Part shown: positions 1 to 9,266 of the stretch, in pieces
Layout: each line of letters starts with the position of its first letter
Numbering within the stretch: the stretch's first letter is position 1
Assembly (NCBI GenBank): GCA_963613665.1
Contig: CAVEAL010000008.1
Location: 14,943-78,942, forward strand
Source: a bacterium
GTDB taxonomy: Bacteria; Bacillota; Clostridia; Oscillospirales; Oscillospiraceae
DNA: 64,000 nucleotides
Direction: 5' to 3'
Notes under the pieces: model-generated
Database searches by the model: none
Told to the model about the DNA's origin: nothing
What the model saw: only the letters and a program-made list of their open reading frames with translations
Position numbers and translations under genes: made by a program

Positions 1-235
1 AGTCGCCTTCGGAGCAGACCGAGCCGACGATTCGGCGCGAGAGCGGCGTGCAGATGCACAGATCGCATATTATACCCACGAGAAAGCCCAGCGGCAGACG
101 CTTGAGAGCGATAAGCCAGGCCTCTCCGGAGAAGTATCCGAGGCGTACGTCCATGTTCAGAACGGCCATGATGTAGATCATTATCAAGCTCATGATAACA
201 CTCAGCAGGATCCCCTGCTTTTTACTTTGCGGCAT
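1..235 (-). CDS. hypothetical small membrane protein (partial, runs off left edge)
   Basis: Reverse-strand ATG at 233-235 with GGAGG about 8 nt upstream. Translation MPQSKKQGILLSVIMSLIMIYIMAVLNMDVRLGYFSGEAWLIALKRLPLGFLVGII... is hydrophobic. Absent from the ORF track because it is truncated. Confidence 0.5.
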   Translation of the reverse strand, partial: MPQSKKQGILLSVIMSLIMIYIMAVLNMDVRLGYFSGEAWLIALKRLPLGFLVGIICDLCICTPLSRRIVGSVCSEGD

Positions 236-428
236 ATTTAATCCTCCGTATAAAAAATAAAAAGACAATAAATGCACCCGCCCGTCGGACATTGGGCAGG
301 AAACATTTATTGTCTGGTACGGATTATATCACTTTTGAAGCGAAAATGTCATAGGCGTTTTTCCGGTTTTCACGGCGATTTTCGAAAAACGTTTTTTGCA
401 TTTTGCCGATATGACAGCTTCCTAAATG

Positions 429-998
429 CTATATTAAAAGAGGCTGAAGCTGCACTCCGGCGAGGGCGGACTCAAGCGTTTTGCCTATGAGCGAGAAGTC
501 TGAGGCCATGGAAAAGGGCTTTTTGGCCGGATCGTCCTGACGGAAGGGCACGAAGTAGACGTTTTTGCGGTTTAAAAGCCCTGCAATATTCGGAGCGGAG
601 CCCGAGAGCGCGTCGTTTGTGGAAAATGCTATGACGAGCGGCCGGGAGTTGCGCAGATGTGCCTTTGCCGCCATCGTTACGGCGGTGTCCGTTATGCCGT
701 GGTTGAGCTTTGCCATGGTGTTTCCCGTGCAGGGCGCTATGAGAAGAGCCTCCATGGGCTTTGCAGGGCCGAGGGGCTCCGCTTCGGCGATCGAGCATAC
801 GGGCTCTGTGCCGCACAGCGCTTCAAGTCGCGCGGCAAAGCCTGAGCAGGTGCCGAAGCGCGTATCGGTCGCGGCGGCGGTCTCGCTCATGATGGGCACG
901 AGCTCATATTTATCGGCCAGAAGAGCAAGCTGAGCAAACAGCTTATCGTATGTGCAGTAAGAGCCGCAGAGGGCAATGCCTATCCGTGGCTTTTTCAT
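429..998 (-). CDS. dpaB: dipicolinate synthase subunit B (flavoprotein family)
   Basis: 189 aa with IGIALCGSYCTYDK, APCTGNTMAKL and FSTNDAL motifs typical of SpoVFB/DpaB. Has a 4-nt overlap with the upstream dpaA. Confidence 0.85.
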   Translation of the reverse strand: MKKPRIGIALCGSYCTYDKLFAQLALLADKYELVPIMSETAAATDTRFGTCSGFAARLEALCGTEPVCSIAEAEPLGPAKPMEALLIAPCTGNTMAKLNHGITDTAVTMAAKAHLRNSRPLVIAFSTNDALSGSAPNIAGLLNRKNVYFVPFRQDDPAKKPFSMASDFSLIGKTLESALAGVQLQPLLI

Positions 999-1840
999 GA
1001 TACCACCCCTTTTAATATGTCTGAAACGGACCCGTGTATAAGTCGCGCCGCGCTCTCCGGCGCATAGCGTCCCGGCAGACCGCGCAGAACGCTGAGACTG
1101 AGCCCGCAGTCCCGTGCAGCCTCCGTGTCAAAGCCGCCGGGTGCGGACGCAAGCTCGAGCAGTATGCAGCTGTCCCTGAACGCCCTTAGATCGGCAATGA
1201 CGGGCGCGGGTGCGGTGTTTATGACGGCGTCAAAGCTGCCGAGCAGCTCCGGCGGACAGTCGGGAGCCGCGACACCGCAGCCGAGCTCGCGCGCCAGAGC
1301 CCGAGCCTCGGAGCTGCGCGACATGAGGTACAGCGCAGGGCACAGTGCGCGCAGTCTGCTTATGAGGAGCTTCCCGATCCTGCCCCAGCCGATCACGAGT
1401 ATGCGCATGTCGCACAGCGCGGTCTTTGTTTTGCTCATGAGCTCACTCACTGCGCCCTCTGCGCTTATTGCGGCGTTGCGGGCGGTAAAGTCCGGGCTCT
1501 GCATATAGTCGTATACCGCCATGCCGCGCTGCGCGGCTGCCGACTTTATACCGGCTCCGAGCCTGCCGCCTATTACCGCCGCAGCGGAGCCCGCGCAGTC
1601 GAGTATGTGCTCAATGCGGCAGGGCTGAGTACCCAAGGGCGCATTTAAAAGCCCGTGCGCGTCCTCGGCCGGAACGGGGAGTATAACGGCATCGGCCCTG
1701 ACCGGCGAACCGAGGCTCCGGCAGCCCTCGGGCAGCTCGGCCTTTTCAAGGCAGAAGCACATGACTTCGTGGCCGTCGGCGCTCATAAGCCGCGACAGAT
1801 GTACGCTGCGCTCATCGCCGCCGCAAACGAGTATTTTCAT
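995..1840 (-). CDS. dpaA: dipicolinate synthase subunit A
   Basis: Start chosen at MKILVCGGDERS (ATG 1838-1840) with GGAGGTG upstream. Contains the Rossmann motif ILVIGWGRIGK. The longer 355-aa ORF start lies in the divergent promoter region. Confidence 0.8.
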   Translation of the reverse strand: MKILVCGGDERSVHLSRLMSADGHEVMCFCLEKAELPEGCRSLGSPVRADAVILPVPAEDAHGLLNAPLGTQPCRIEHILDCAGSAAAVIGGRLGAGIKSAAAQRGMAVYDYMQSPDFTARNAAISAEGAVSELMSKTKTALCDMRILVIGWGRIGKLLISRLRALCPALYLMSRSSEARALARELGCGVAAPDCPPELLGSFDAVINTAPAPVIADLRAFRDSCILLELASAPGGFDTEAARDCGLSLSVLRGLPGRYAPESAARLIHGSVSDILKGVVS

Positions 1841-1928
1841 CTCATCACCTCCTGTAATGCCATAATATGCGTTGCATAAAATTCGGTGAGATGATAAAAT
1901 AAGAAAAGTTTTGAATGTGAGGTGCCTT

Positions 1929-2759
1929 ATGAGCAGAGCCGACGAGATATTTATAGCAAATTGCAGAGACATACTGGAAAACGGCGTGTGGGATACCGAC
2001 CGCGAGGTGCGCCCGCGCTGGGAGGACGGAGCTCCGGCGCACACGGTCAAAAAGTTCGGCATCGTAAACCGCTATGATCTGTCCGAGGAGTTTCCGATAC
2101 TGACGATACGCAGAACGTTCCTCAAGTCCGCTATAGACGAGCTTTTGTGGATATGGCAGGCAAAGAGCAATAACGTAAATGAGCTGCGCACCCGCGTATG
2201 GGACGCATGGGCGGACGAAAACGGCTCCATCGGCAAGGCCTACGGTTATCAGCTCGGCATAAAGCATCATTATCCCGAGGGCGACATGGATCAGGTGGAC
2301 AGGGTCATCTGGGACTTGAAGCACAATCCCGCCTCGCGCCGCATAATGACCAATATCTATAACCACGCCGATCTCAGCGAAATGGCGCTGTACCCCTGCG
2401 CGTATTCCATGACCTTCAACGTCAGCGGCAATACGCTCAACGCCATACTCAACCAGCGCTCGCAGGACATGCTTGCGGCGAACAACTGGAACGTCGTGCA
2501 GTACGCCGTGCTCACGCATATGTTCGCGCAGGTCGCGGGACTCAGGGCGGGTGAGCTCGTGCACGTCATTGCCGACGCGCATATCTATGACCGCCACGTT
2601 CCGGCGATCGAGGAGATCATCGCAAACACGCCCAAGGCCGCGCCGAGGTTCATTATCGACCCCGCGGTGGATGATTTTTATAAGTTTACGCGCGACAGCT
2701 TCCGGCTCGAGGACTATGAGTACTCCGAGTTCAGGTCCAGGATCCCCGTCGCTGTCTGA
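1929..2759 (+). CDS. thyA: thymidylate synthase
   Basis: Translation has ThyA hallmarks (RRIMTNIYN, ALYPCAYSMTFNV, NQRSQDM). ATG at 1929 is preceded by an AGGTG ribosome-binding site. Confidence 0.9.
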   Translation: MSRADEIFIANCRDILENGVWDTDREVRPRWEDGAPAHTVKKFGIVNRYDLSEEFPILTIRRTFLKSAIDELLWIWQAKSNNVNELRTRVWDAWADENGSIGKAYGYQLGIKHHYPEGDMDQVDRVIWDLKHNPASRRIMTNIYNHADLSEMALYPCAYSMTFNVSGNTLNAILNQRSQDMLAANNWNVVQYAVLTHMFAQVAGLRAGELVHVIADAHIYDRHVPAIEEIIANTPKAAPRFIIDPAVDDFYKFTRDSFRLEDYEYSEFRSRIPVAV

Positions 2760-2770
2760 AAGGAAGGAAC

Positions 2771-3250
2771 ATGGATGCAATAGTTGCCGTCTATTCCGAT
2801 TGGGGGATAGGCGCAGACGGTACCCAGCCTGTCGTGCTGAAGGCCGACCGGCAGCATTTTGTCGAACTCACGCGCGGAAAGACGGTCATAGCCGGCCGCC
2901 GCACCCTCGCCGATTTTCCCGGCGGCAGACCGCTGAAAAACCGCAGGAATATTATCCTCACGCGGCAGGATATAAGCATTGAAGGCGCCGAGATCGCGCA
3001 CAGCCCCGAGGAGGCCGCCGCGATGTGCGCAGGCGATGCAATGGTGCTCGGCGGGCAGAGCGTTTTCCGCGATATGATGCCGTATCTCGACCGCGTTTTC
3101 GTCACTAAAATCAACAGCTGCCCGTATTCGGACAGCTATTTTGAAGACCTCGACGCAGCGGAGGAATGGCATATAGAAAGCCGGAGCGAAACGCTGCGCG
3201 AGGGTGATATCGAATACAGCTTCGTCTGCTACGAAAGGAAACTGCCATGA
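2771..3250 (+). CDS. folA: dihydrofolate reductase
   Basis: 159 aa with MDAIVAVYSDWGIG, VIAGRRT and LGGQSVF, in the classic thyA-folA arrangement. Confidence 0.85.
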   Translation: MDAIVAVYSDWGIGADGTQPVVLKADRQHFVELTRGKTVIAGRRTLADFPGGRPLKNRRNIILTRQDISIEGAEIAHSPEEAAAMCAGDAMVLGGQSVFRDMMPYLDRVFVTKINSCPYSDSYFEDLDAAEEWHIESRSETLREGDIEYSFVCYERKLP

Positions 3251-3831
3251 AAAAAAGAATAGCCGCAGCAATGCTGCTGATGCTCACCCTGCTTGCCGCC
3301 TGCGGCGAGGAAACACCGGCCGAAACGCCCGAGCCCTCGGCCGCAGTCCTCTCCAAAGGAGATAACTACATTGTAACGGAAGAGCACACGAGCGGAGTCA
3401 CCAAGTACAGCTACACGATAAGCGACAGCGAGGGAAACGAACTCGAGAGCGCCATATGCACAAATCAGCCGCGCGTTGCGGTCATAAACGACGGGCTTCT
3501 CGGCGTGAGATTCTATGTCAATGACAAGACATTCTGCCGCTATTATGACCTTAAAAACAGCCGCGTCTCCGAGTCGTTCTTCAACGCCTTCTGGGATGAC
3601 GGCAAGCTCGTCGCCTATCACGACTACGACAACGGCCACCGCATGATAGTGCGCGATATGTTCGATGACAACGGCTACCGTTACGAGCTCGATCTCGATA
3701 TCCAGGCGCTGTCGATAAGCGTCACGGCCTGCGAGCAGAACGAGGAGACGGGCGAGCTGACGGTCACATACACCTACGGCGACAGTGCCGCCGAGTACAG
3801 CGCGATGCTGCCGACAAAGCACGCGGAATAA
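3247..3831 (+). CDS. hypothetical lipoprotein
   Basis: Signal peptide with lipobox LLAAC. ATGA overlap with the folA stop. No recognisable catalytic motif. Confidence 0.6.
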   Translation: MKKRIAAAMLLMLTLLAACGEETPAETPEPSAAVLSKGDNYIVTEEHTSGVTKYSYTISDSEGNELESAICTNQPRVAVINDGLLGVRFYVNDKTFCRYYDLKNSRVSESFFNAFWDDGKLVAYHDYDNGHRMIVRDMFDDNGYRYELDLDIQALSISVTACEQNEETGELTVTYTYGDSAAEYSAMLPTKHAE

Positions 3832-3838
3832 CAAAACG

Positions 3839-3870
3839 AAAAATGCAGGGTCACGTGACCCTGCATTTTT
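3839..3870. terminator. bidirectional intrinsic terminator
   Basis: Perfect 24-nt palindrome atgcagggtcacgtgaccctgcat flanked by an A-run and a T-run, between convergent genes. Confidence 0.75.
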
Positions 3871-3879
3871 GCGTCAAAA

Positions 3880-5052
3880 CTAAGATTTTTTGCTGTCGCT
3901 CTGCGCGGCGGAGTAGTCTGCGTAGGACTGGAAGACAAAGCCGTCGGAGCTTATGAACTGGCTGAAATCTATGCTGTCGTACAGCTTGGTGTATTTTATC
4001 GTTGCGCTGCCTGCCCAGTCTGCAACGTCCGAGTCGAACTCGACGGGAGCGGCGAGATAGGTGAGGGGAACTACCGACTGCTGATAGCCGTTGGAGTAGG
4101 AGACGAGGTCGGTGCCCTTTACAGGCAGGCGCATGATGATATGGTAGCCGAATTGCGACTCGACAACGTCGGAGACCTGATACTCCTCAAGTGCTCGGCT
4201 TGCGTCGTCATACTCGTCGACCATGCTGCCGGTCGTGAAGCAGTAGCCCTCGGGGAACTGCTCAAGACCCGGATCCTCGCTGTATTCGTTCATGAGCTCC
4301 TTGAAGCGCGCCCAGCGCTCACTGTCGTCGGTGATCGCCTTGAGCTCGGCGCAAAGCTCCTCGGCCTTGGCCTTCTTCTCGGCCTTCGCTTCGTCGGAGA
4401 TCGCCTGCGAGCTGGTCGTTCCGTCCTCTGCGGTAACGGTCTCGGTAGTCAGAAACAGGATGTGCGCGGAGGTGATGTAGTCGTTTTCCTCGGCGTAGGC
4501 CTGAACCTTTTCGTCGCTGAGCTTGCTGCCCTGATCGCCGTAGAGCTCGGTGAAAAGATTGGTGTACAGATAATTGAGGCGGCAGCGCTCCTTATAGCTG
4601 TCCTCGGTGTAGCCGTAGGTGGCGAAGAATGCCTTGAGCTGGGTATCGGAATCGTCGTCGGAGGTGACGTACTGCTCCTTTATGCTTTCTATCTGCTCGT
4701 CGATGGCCGACTGCTGATCCTCGGTGAGCGTAAGGCCGAGCTCGTCTGCCTTGGCTTCGACTACGCGGTATCTTGCTACCTGCTGGGCTGCACGCTTGAG
4801 GCACCACTCGATATTCGTGACCGAGTCGTCGAACATGAACTTGCCGTCCCAGTCTACGCTCGTTCCGGAGTAGCTCTGATAAAGATCCTCCAGCTCGCTG
4901 ACCGCCTGATTCAGTCCGGCCATGTATTCGTCAAAGCCGACGGCCGTGCCGTTTACGGTCATTACGGTGTCCTCCTTGCTGCCGCTTGAGCAGCCCGCCG
5001 CACAGCAGCAGAGCATCACAAGGGCAAGCGCCAGTGCGATAAATTTTTTCAT
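3880..5052 (-). CDS. PpiC/parvulin-type peptidyl-prolyl isomerase lipoprotein (PrsA/SurA-like foldase)
   Basis: Lipobox AAGCSS. C-terminal parvulin signature SQFGYHIIMRL. Long SurA_N-like helical N-terminal part. Confidence 0.75.
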   Translation of the reverse strand: MKKFIALALALVMLCCCAAGCSSGSKEDTVMTVNGTAVGFDEYMAGLNQAVSELEDLYQSYSGTSVDWDGKFMFDDSVTNIEWCLKRAAQQVARYRVVEAKADELGLTLTEDQQSAIDEQIESIKEQYVTSDDDSDTQLKAFFATYGYTEDSYKERCRLNYLYTNLFTELYGDQGSKLSDEKVQAYAEENDYITSAHILFLTTETVTAEDGTTSSQAISDEAKAEKKAKAEELCAELKAITDDSERWARFKELMNEYSEDPGLEQFPEGYCFTTGSMVDEYDDASRALEEYQVSDVVESQFGYHIIMRLPVKGTDLVSYSNGYQQSVVPLTYLAAPVEFDSDVADWAGSATIKYTKLYDSIDFSQFISSDGFVFQSYADYSAAQSDSKKS

Positions 5053-5135
5053 AACAAATCTCCTAATGTAAAAATACTGTATCAGTATAATATAAACGTA
5101 TTAAATAATCTACGCTTTTTTGTAAACTAAACAAA

Positions 5136-5612
5136 CTAAACGATATCGCATATCTCGCATTTTATCTCGCCCTCGGGCGATATCTCGAGCTTTGCCCAGG
5201 TCCTTGCGGGCGGCTTGCCGGCCGTGCCGGGGTTCAGGACGAAAATGCCGCCGGTCTGCTCGAACACAGCCCTGTGCGTGTGCCCGAACATGGCGATCTG
5301 CGCGCCGCAGCACTCGGCAGCGTACAGCAGAACGTCGAGCCGGCCGCCGCGCACGGCATAGCGGTGGCCGTGGGTCAGAAATGCCGTGTACGGTCCGAGG
5401 CGTATGAGCTTATACGCCTCCTCGCCGTCATAGTATCCGTCGCAGTTGCCGGGAACGCAGCACACGGGGATGGCCGGAAATTTACCGCTCAGCGCCTGCG
5501 CATCGCGCATACCGTCGCCGAGGTGGATGATCTGGTCGGGCATATATTCCGCAACGGCGTTTTCCATGCCGCGGGCAGAGCCGTGCGTGTCCGAGAATAC
5601 GGCGATCTTCAT
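5136..5612 (-). CDS. YfcE/MJ0936-family metallophosphoesterase
   Basis: Start at MKIAVFSDTHG (ATG 5610-5612, AGGAGG upstream). Motifs DTHG, GDG, GNCD, GHTH. Confidence 0.8.
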   Translation of the reverse strand: MKIAVFSDTHGSARGMENAVAEYMPDQIIHLGDGMRDAQALSGKFPAIPVCCVPGNCDGYYDGEEAYKLIRLGPYTAFLTHGHRYAVRGGRLDVLLYAAECCGAQIAMFGHTHRAVFEQTGGIFVLNPGTAGKPPARTWAKLEISPEGEIKCEICDIV

Positions 5613-5685
5613 AATCTGCCTCCTGTGAAAATAAATTTGTAAAGCCGGAGCTGCCGCGTGAATATAATGGGAGCGGGTGATAGTG

Positions 5686-5922
5686 ATGAAGAATATCGAA
5701 AGGCTCGGCGAAGAGCTAAGAAAAAGCGGCAGGAGCGACGAGCTCATGAAGCTTGCACAATCGCCTGACGGCAAGGCGGTCAGCCGCCTCGTTGATGCCG
5801 ATGCCGTAGGCCGGGCCGCAAAAAGCGGGGATACGGAGGCTCTGTGGGATATACTGCGCGGCGTGCTCTCGACCGAAGAGGGGAGACGCCTTGCCGAAAG
5901 TCTCCGCAAAGCGATGCAGTGA
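5686..5922 (+). CDS. hypothetical small protein
   Basis: ORF MKNIERLGEELRKSG... with a purine-rich ribosome-binding site. No motif recognised. Confidence 0.4.
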   Translation: MKNIERLGEELRKSGRSDELMKLAQSPDGKAVSRLVDADAVGRAAKSGDTEALWDILRGVLSTEEGRRLAESLRKAMQ

Positions 5923-5933
5923 GGTGAAAGTCA

Positions 5934-6269
5934 TTGAGCGATTTTGAGGATAAGCTGAATAAGCTGCTGAACGACCCGAAGGAGATGGAGCGCTTTGCCG
6001 GCTTTGCAAGATCGCTCATGTCCGGGGCTGAGAGCGGCGCAGCGGAGCCAAGCGCGCCGCCGGATATAGACCCGTCGCTGCTCAAGAGTCTGAGCGGCGC
6101 ACTGTCCGGAAAGAGCGGCGGGCGAGATGCGAAGCTTCTTGAGGCCATGCGTCCGTATCTGTCGGAAAAGCGGCGCGGAAAGATGGACAGAGCCATGAAG
6201 CTCGCGCGCCTTGCCGGTATCGCGGGGCTTGCCGCGGGTCTCGGAGACGGTGACGATGGCAGCGTATAA
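5934..6269 (+). CDS. hypothetical protein
   Basis: TTG start after GAGGTGA. Translation MSDFEDKLNKLLNDPKEME... No motif recognised. Confidence 0.4.
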   Translation: MSDFEDKLNKLLNDPKEMERFAGFARSLMSGAESGAAEPSAPPDIDPSLLKSLSGALSGKSGGRDAKLLEAMRPYLSEKRRGKMDRAMKLARLAGIAGLAAGLGDGDDGSV

Positions 6270-6519
6270 TCTCTACCGCGGCAACGGCAGCCGTGCCGAG
6301 CGCGTTGACGATCACCGCCGCGAAACGCCGAAAGCGCAGCACCGCCGGCCGCCGGCTTCCGTGACGCCCGGCAAGCTCCCCATACTCGGCGATCTGCCGA
6401 AAAAGCTCGGCGATCTCGAGACCGAGGACCTTCTGCTCATCCTGATCCTCTATCTCATGTACCGCGAAAGCGGCGATAAGGAGCTGCTGGTAATTATGGG
6501 AGCAATGTATTTACTATAA
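6256..6519 (+). CDS. hypothetical protein with hydrophobic C-terminus
   Basis: Start placed at MAAYNLYRGNG, overlapping the end of the previous ORF. The C-terminal LLLILILYLMY segment looks membrane-associated. Confidence 0.35.
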   Translation: MAAYNLYRGNGSRAERVDDHRRETPKAQHRRPPASVTPGKLPILGDLPKKLGDLETEDLLLILILYLMYRESGDKELLVIMGAMYLL

Positions 6520-6529
6520 TAATCAAAAT

Positions 6530-6565
6530 AAAACCGCCGACTTTATATAACTAAGTCGGCGGTCA
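6530..6565 (-). terminator. intrinsic terminator of abrB
   Basis: Stem ccgccgac/gtcggcgg followed, on the minus strand, by ttttatttt. Confidence 0.65.
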
Positions 6566-6582
6566 TCAGTCGCTCTTGTCGA

Positions 6583-6828
6583 TTAAATTTTCTCCTTGAG
6601 CTTTTTGATGCAGTCAGGGCAGACATTCTTGCCCTTGTAGCTGATGATGTTCTTGGTGTTCTCGCAGAAGACGCAGGAAGGATGATACTTATGCAGAATG
6701 ATGTTGTCACCCTCTACAAAAATTTCAAGTGCATCTTTTTCGGCAATGTCGAGAGTACGACGCAGCTCAATGGGAAGAACTATACGGCCGAGTTCATCAA
6801 CTTTTCTTACAATACCGGTAGACTTCAT
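6583..6828 (-). CDS. abrB: AbrB/SpoVT-family transition-state regulator
   Basis: MKSTGIVRKVDELGRIVLPIELRRTLDI is the canonical AbrB swapped-hairpin N-terminus. ATG at 6826-6828 follows GGAGGGAAC. The C-terminus carries CxxC...CxxC. Confidence 0.85.
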   Translation of the reverse strand: MKSTGIVRKVDELGRIVLPIELRRTLDIAEKDALEIFVEGDNIILHKYHPSCVFCENTKNIISYKGKNVCPDCIKKLKEKI

Positions 6829-7033
6829 GTAGTTCCCTCCGTTTCGGAAATACTTATATCCCACAAAATACATCAATAAGTATACCAAAAATAAGAAGGC
6901 TGTCAATATATTTTTTTGCGATTTTTGAGCAAAACTTAATATTTTTTGAATATCTTCTAAGGCAAGGGACATATCTTTGCACTCGTTTCAATACAATGTT
7001 AAAACAAATGTTCGAAAACGTGAGGATTTTAAC

Positions 7034-7609
7034 ATGCTGATGGGTATCATATGGACGGCGATGATCGCAGTCTCTATTCTTTCCGGCTGCCTGAACGGGG
7101 CGGAACAAGAGGTTCAGCAAGCCGCGCTGGACGGTGCGGCGGCCGCATTCGAGCTGTGCTTTCAGATAGGCGGCGCAGTCTGCCTGTGGTGTGCCGTTAT
7201 GGAGCTCATGCATGCATCCGGCCTTGCCGATGCTCTGTCGCGCGCACTCAGACCGCTGCTTGCACTGCTGTTTCCCGAAAGCGCTGAGCATGAGAGCGTA
7301 ATGCAGCCGCTGTCGGCAAATGTCAGTGCCAATCTTCTCGGGCTCGGCAATGCGGCGACTCCGATGGGCATACGCGCCTGCCGGGAGATGGCGCGGCTCG
7401 GAACTCCGGGGGCAGCATCCAACGAGCTGTGCAGGCTCGTCGTGCTCAACACCGCGTCCATCCAGCTCCTGCCGGCGACAGTTGCCGCAATACGCTCTGC
7501 CGAAGGCGCGGCGGCGCCGTTTGACATTCTGCCTGCCGTGTGGATAAGCTCGGCTGTGTCCGTCACCGTCGGACTTATGGCGGCGCGTGCAATGGAGAGG
7601 CTAAGTTGA
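7034..7609 (+). CDS. spmA: spore maturation protein A (nucleoside-recognition domain membrane protein)
   Basis: MLMGIIWTAMIAVSILSG... is polytopic, about 190 aa, and immediately followed by spmB. Confidence 0.8.
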   Translation: MLMGIIWTAMIAVSILSGCLNGAEQEVQQAALDGAAAAFELCFQIGGAVCLWCAVMELMHASGLADALSRALRPLLALLFPESAEHESVMQPLSANVSANLLGLGNAATPMGIRACREMARLGTPGAASNELCRLVVLNTASIQLLPATVAAIRSAEGAAAPFDILPAVWISSAVSVTVGLMAARAMERLS

Positions 7610-8127
7610 GCCTGCTTCTCGAGCTTGCCGTGCCGCTCATCCTCGCCGCCGTCGGCATACACGCCATAGTGTCCGGTACGGATATTTTCCCCGCGCTCTG
7701 CCGCGGCGCTATGCAGGGACTCGTGACGCTCAAGGATATGCTGCCGGTGCTCACCGTGCTCTTTCCGGCGGTGTACATGCTGCGTGCATCGGGCGCACTT
7801 GACGCGCTGTCGGCGCTGCTCGAGCCGCTGATGGCATACATAGGCGTTCCGGCGGAGACCGTTCCGCTTGCGCTCCTGCGCCCTGTGAGCGGCGGAGCCG
7901 CCACGGCGGCCGCTGCCGACATTATAAAAAGCTGCGGCGCAGATTCGCTCGCGGGGCGAACGGCCGCCGTTATGATCGGCTCGAGCGAGACGACCTTTTA
8001 CGTCATCGCCGTTTATTTCGGCGCGGCAAAGATCAAAAATACGCGCCACGCCATACCGGCTGCGCTGCTGGCAGATCTTGCGGTGTTTCTGCTGTCGGCG
8101 TGGGTATGCCGCCTGTTCTGGGGATAA
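7606..8127 (+). CDS. spmB: spore maturation protein B
   Basis: TTG start overlapping the spmA stop (gTTGA). About 173 aa membrane protein with LRPVSGGAATAAA and GSSETTFYVIAVYFG motifs. Confidence 0.7.
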   Translation: MSLLLELAVPLILAAVGIHAIVSGTDIFPALCRGAMQGLVTLKDMLPVLTVLFPAVYMLRASGALDALSALLEPLMAYIGVPAETVPLALLRPVSGGAATAAAADIIKSCGADSLAGRTAAVMIGSSETTFYVIAVYFGAAKIKNTRHAIPAALLADLAVFLLSAWVCRLFWG

Positions 8128-8174
8128 TACGGGAAAGAGCGGGAAATAATAGCATCACATGGGAGAGTGATGCT

Positions 8175-8951
8175 ATGCAGGGAAAAGTCGAGCTGTGCGG
8201 CGTGAACACGGCCAAGCTGCCGCTTCTGAAAAATGCCGAGATGCGCGAGCTCATTGCGGCGGCGCAGTCGGGTGACGGCAAGGCACGCGACAGGCTGATA
8301 AACGGCAATCTGCGCCTTGTCCTGTCGGTGATACAGAAGTTCGCCGGTCGCGGCGAAAGCATGGACGATCTGTTTCAGGTCGGCTGCATCGGACTGATCA
8401 AGGCAATCGACTGCTTTGACCTGAGCCAGAACGTGCAGTTTTCGACCTACGGCGTGCCTATGATATCCGGCGAGCTGCGGCGCTTTCTGCGTGACCACGG
8501 CGCCGTGCGCGTATCGCGCTCGGTGCGGGATACGGCCTACCGCGTGCTTCAGGTCAGGGAGCGGCTCACCGCCGAGCTTGGGCGCGAGCCGGATGTGGAC
8601 ACCGTAGCGGAGCGGCTCGGGATAAAGCGCGCCGATGTCGTGCTTGCGCTCGACTCGATATGCGAGCCCGTGTCGCTGTACGAGCCGGTCTACAGCGACA
8701 GCGGAGAGAGCGTCTGCGTCATGGATCAGATAGGCGACACGAAAAACACCGACGAGCACTGGCTCGAGCAGATCGCTCTCGGCGAGGCGGTCGGGCGGCT
8801 CTCGCAGCGCGAAAAGCGCATACTATCGCTGCGCTTTTACATGGGCAAGACACAAACCGAGGTCGCACGGGAGATCGGCATAAGTCAGGCGCAGGTCTCG
8901 CGCCTTGAAAAAAACGCGATAGGGAGGATAAAAAAAGAGCTGGGATCGTGA
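8175..8951 (+). CDS. sigG: sporulation sigma factor of the SigF/SigG group (best match SigG)
   Basis: VELCGVNTAKLPLLKN...GNLRLVLSVIQKF..DDLFQVGCIGLIKAIDCFD..NVQFSTYGVPMISGELRRFLRD closely parallels B. subtilis SigG as I recall it. GGGAG ribosome-binding site upstream. Confidence 0.8.
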   Translation: MQGKVELCGVNTAKLPLLKNAEMRELIAAAQSGDGKARDRLINGNLRLVLSVIQKFAGRGESMDDLFQVGCIGLIKAIDCFDLSQNVQFSTYGVPMISGELRRFLRDHGAVRVSRSVRDTAYRVLQVRERLTAELGREPDVDTVAERLGIKRADVVLALDSICEPVSLYEPVYSDSGESVCVMDQIGDTKNTDEHWLEQIALGEAVGRLSQREKRILSLRFYMGKTQTEVAREIGISQAQVSRLEKNAIGRIKKELGS

Positions 8952-8999
8952 ATTCATAAAAAATTAAAAATTATTTGATAAAAAATTCGCAAATAACTC

Positions 9000-9189
9000 T
9001 TTACAAACACCGTGCGATGTGCTATCATAACATCGTCAGATAAATAACAAGACATTATTCGTTTGATTCTTCTTTCCATCTCTCTTTTCTTTGCTTGTTA
9101 CCGCTTCTGCGGACATCCTCAATCCGCAGGAAAACGCAACAAAACCAAAAAAGCCGCTGCCTTTCTCCTGTTTGGCAGCGGTTTTTTTG
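9000..9189 (+). ncRNA. candidate orphan small RNA (promoter to terminator, no credible ORF)
   Basis: TTTACA-17 nt-TATCAT at 9000-9028. About 155 nt downstream lies a strong terminator (gccgctgcc...ggcagcgg + T7). A CU-rich stretch and the internal hairpin ctgcgga/tccgcag lie in between. Confidence 0.3.
9147..9189. terminator. bidirectional intrinsic terminator
   Basis: aaaaaagccgctgcc-N12-ggcagcggttttttt sits downstream of sigG (+) and of the minus-strand ABC operon. Confidence 0.8.
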
Positions 9190-9266
9190 CGTCGCATTTT
9201 TATTTTCTCCGTTGTCCCGATACCGGGCTGACGCAATTACCGTATAGGCAGGGAGTCAATGCGCCT

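Noticed and set aside
995-2062. Longer upstream starts given by the ORF track for several genes: dpaA, the phosphoesterase at 5136, abrB, the two binder genes, sigG, thiT, rpmH and int.
   Set aside because: The extensions have no ribosome-binding site, run into neighbouring promoters or genes, and precede the conserved family N-termini. Internal ATG, GTG or TTG codons with Shine-Dalgarno sequences were used instead.
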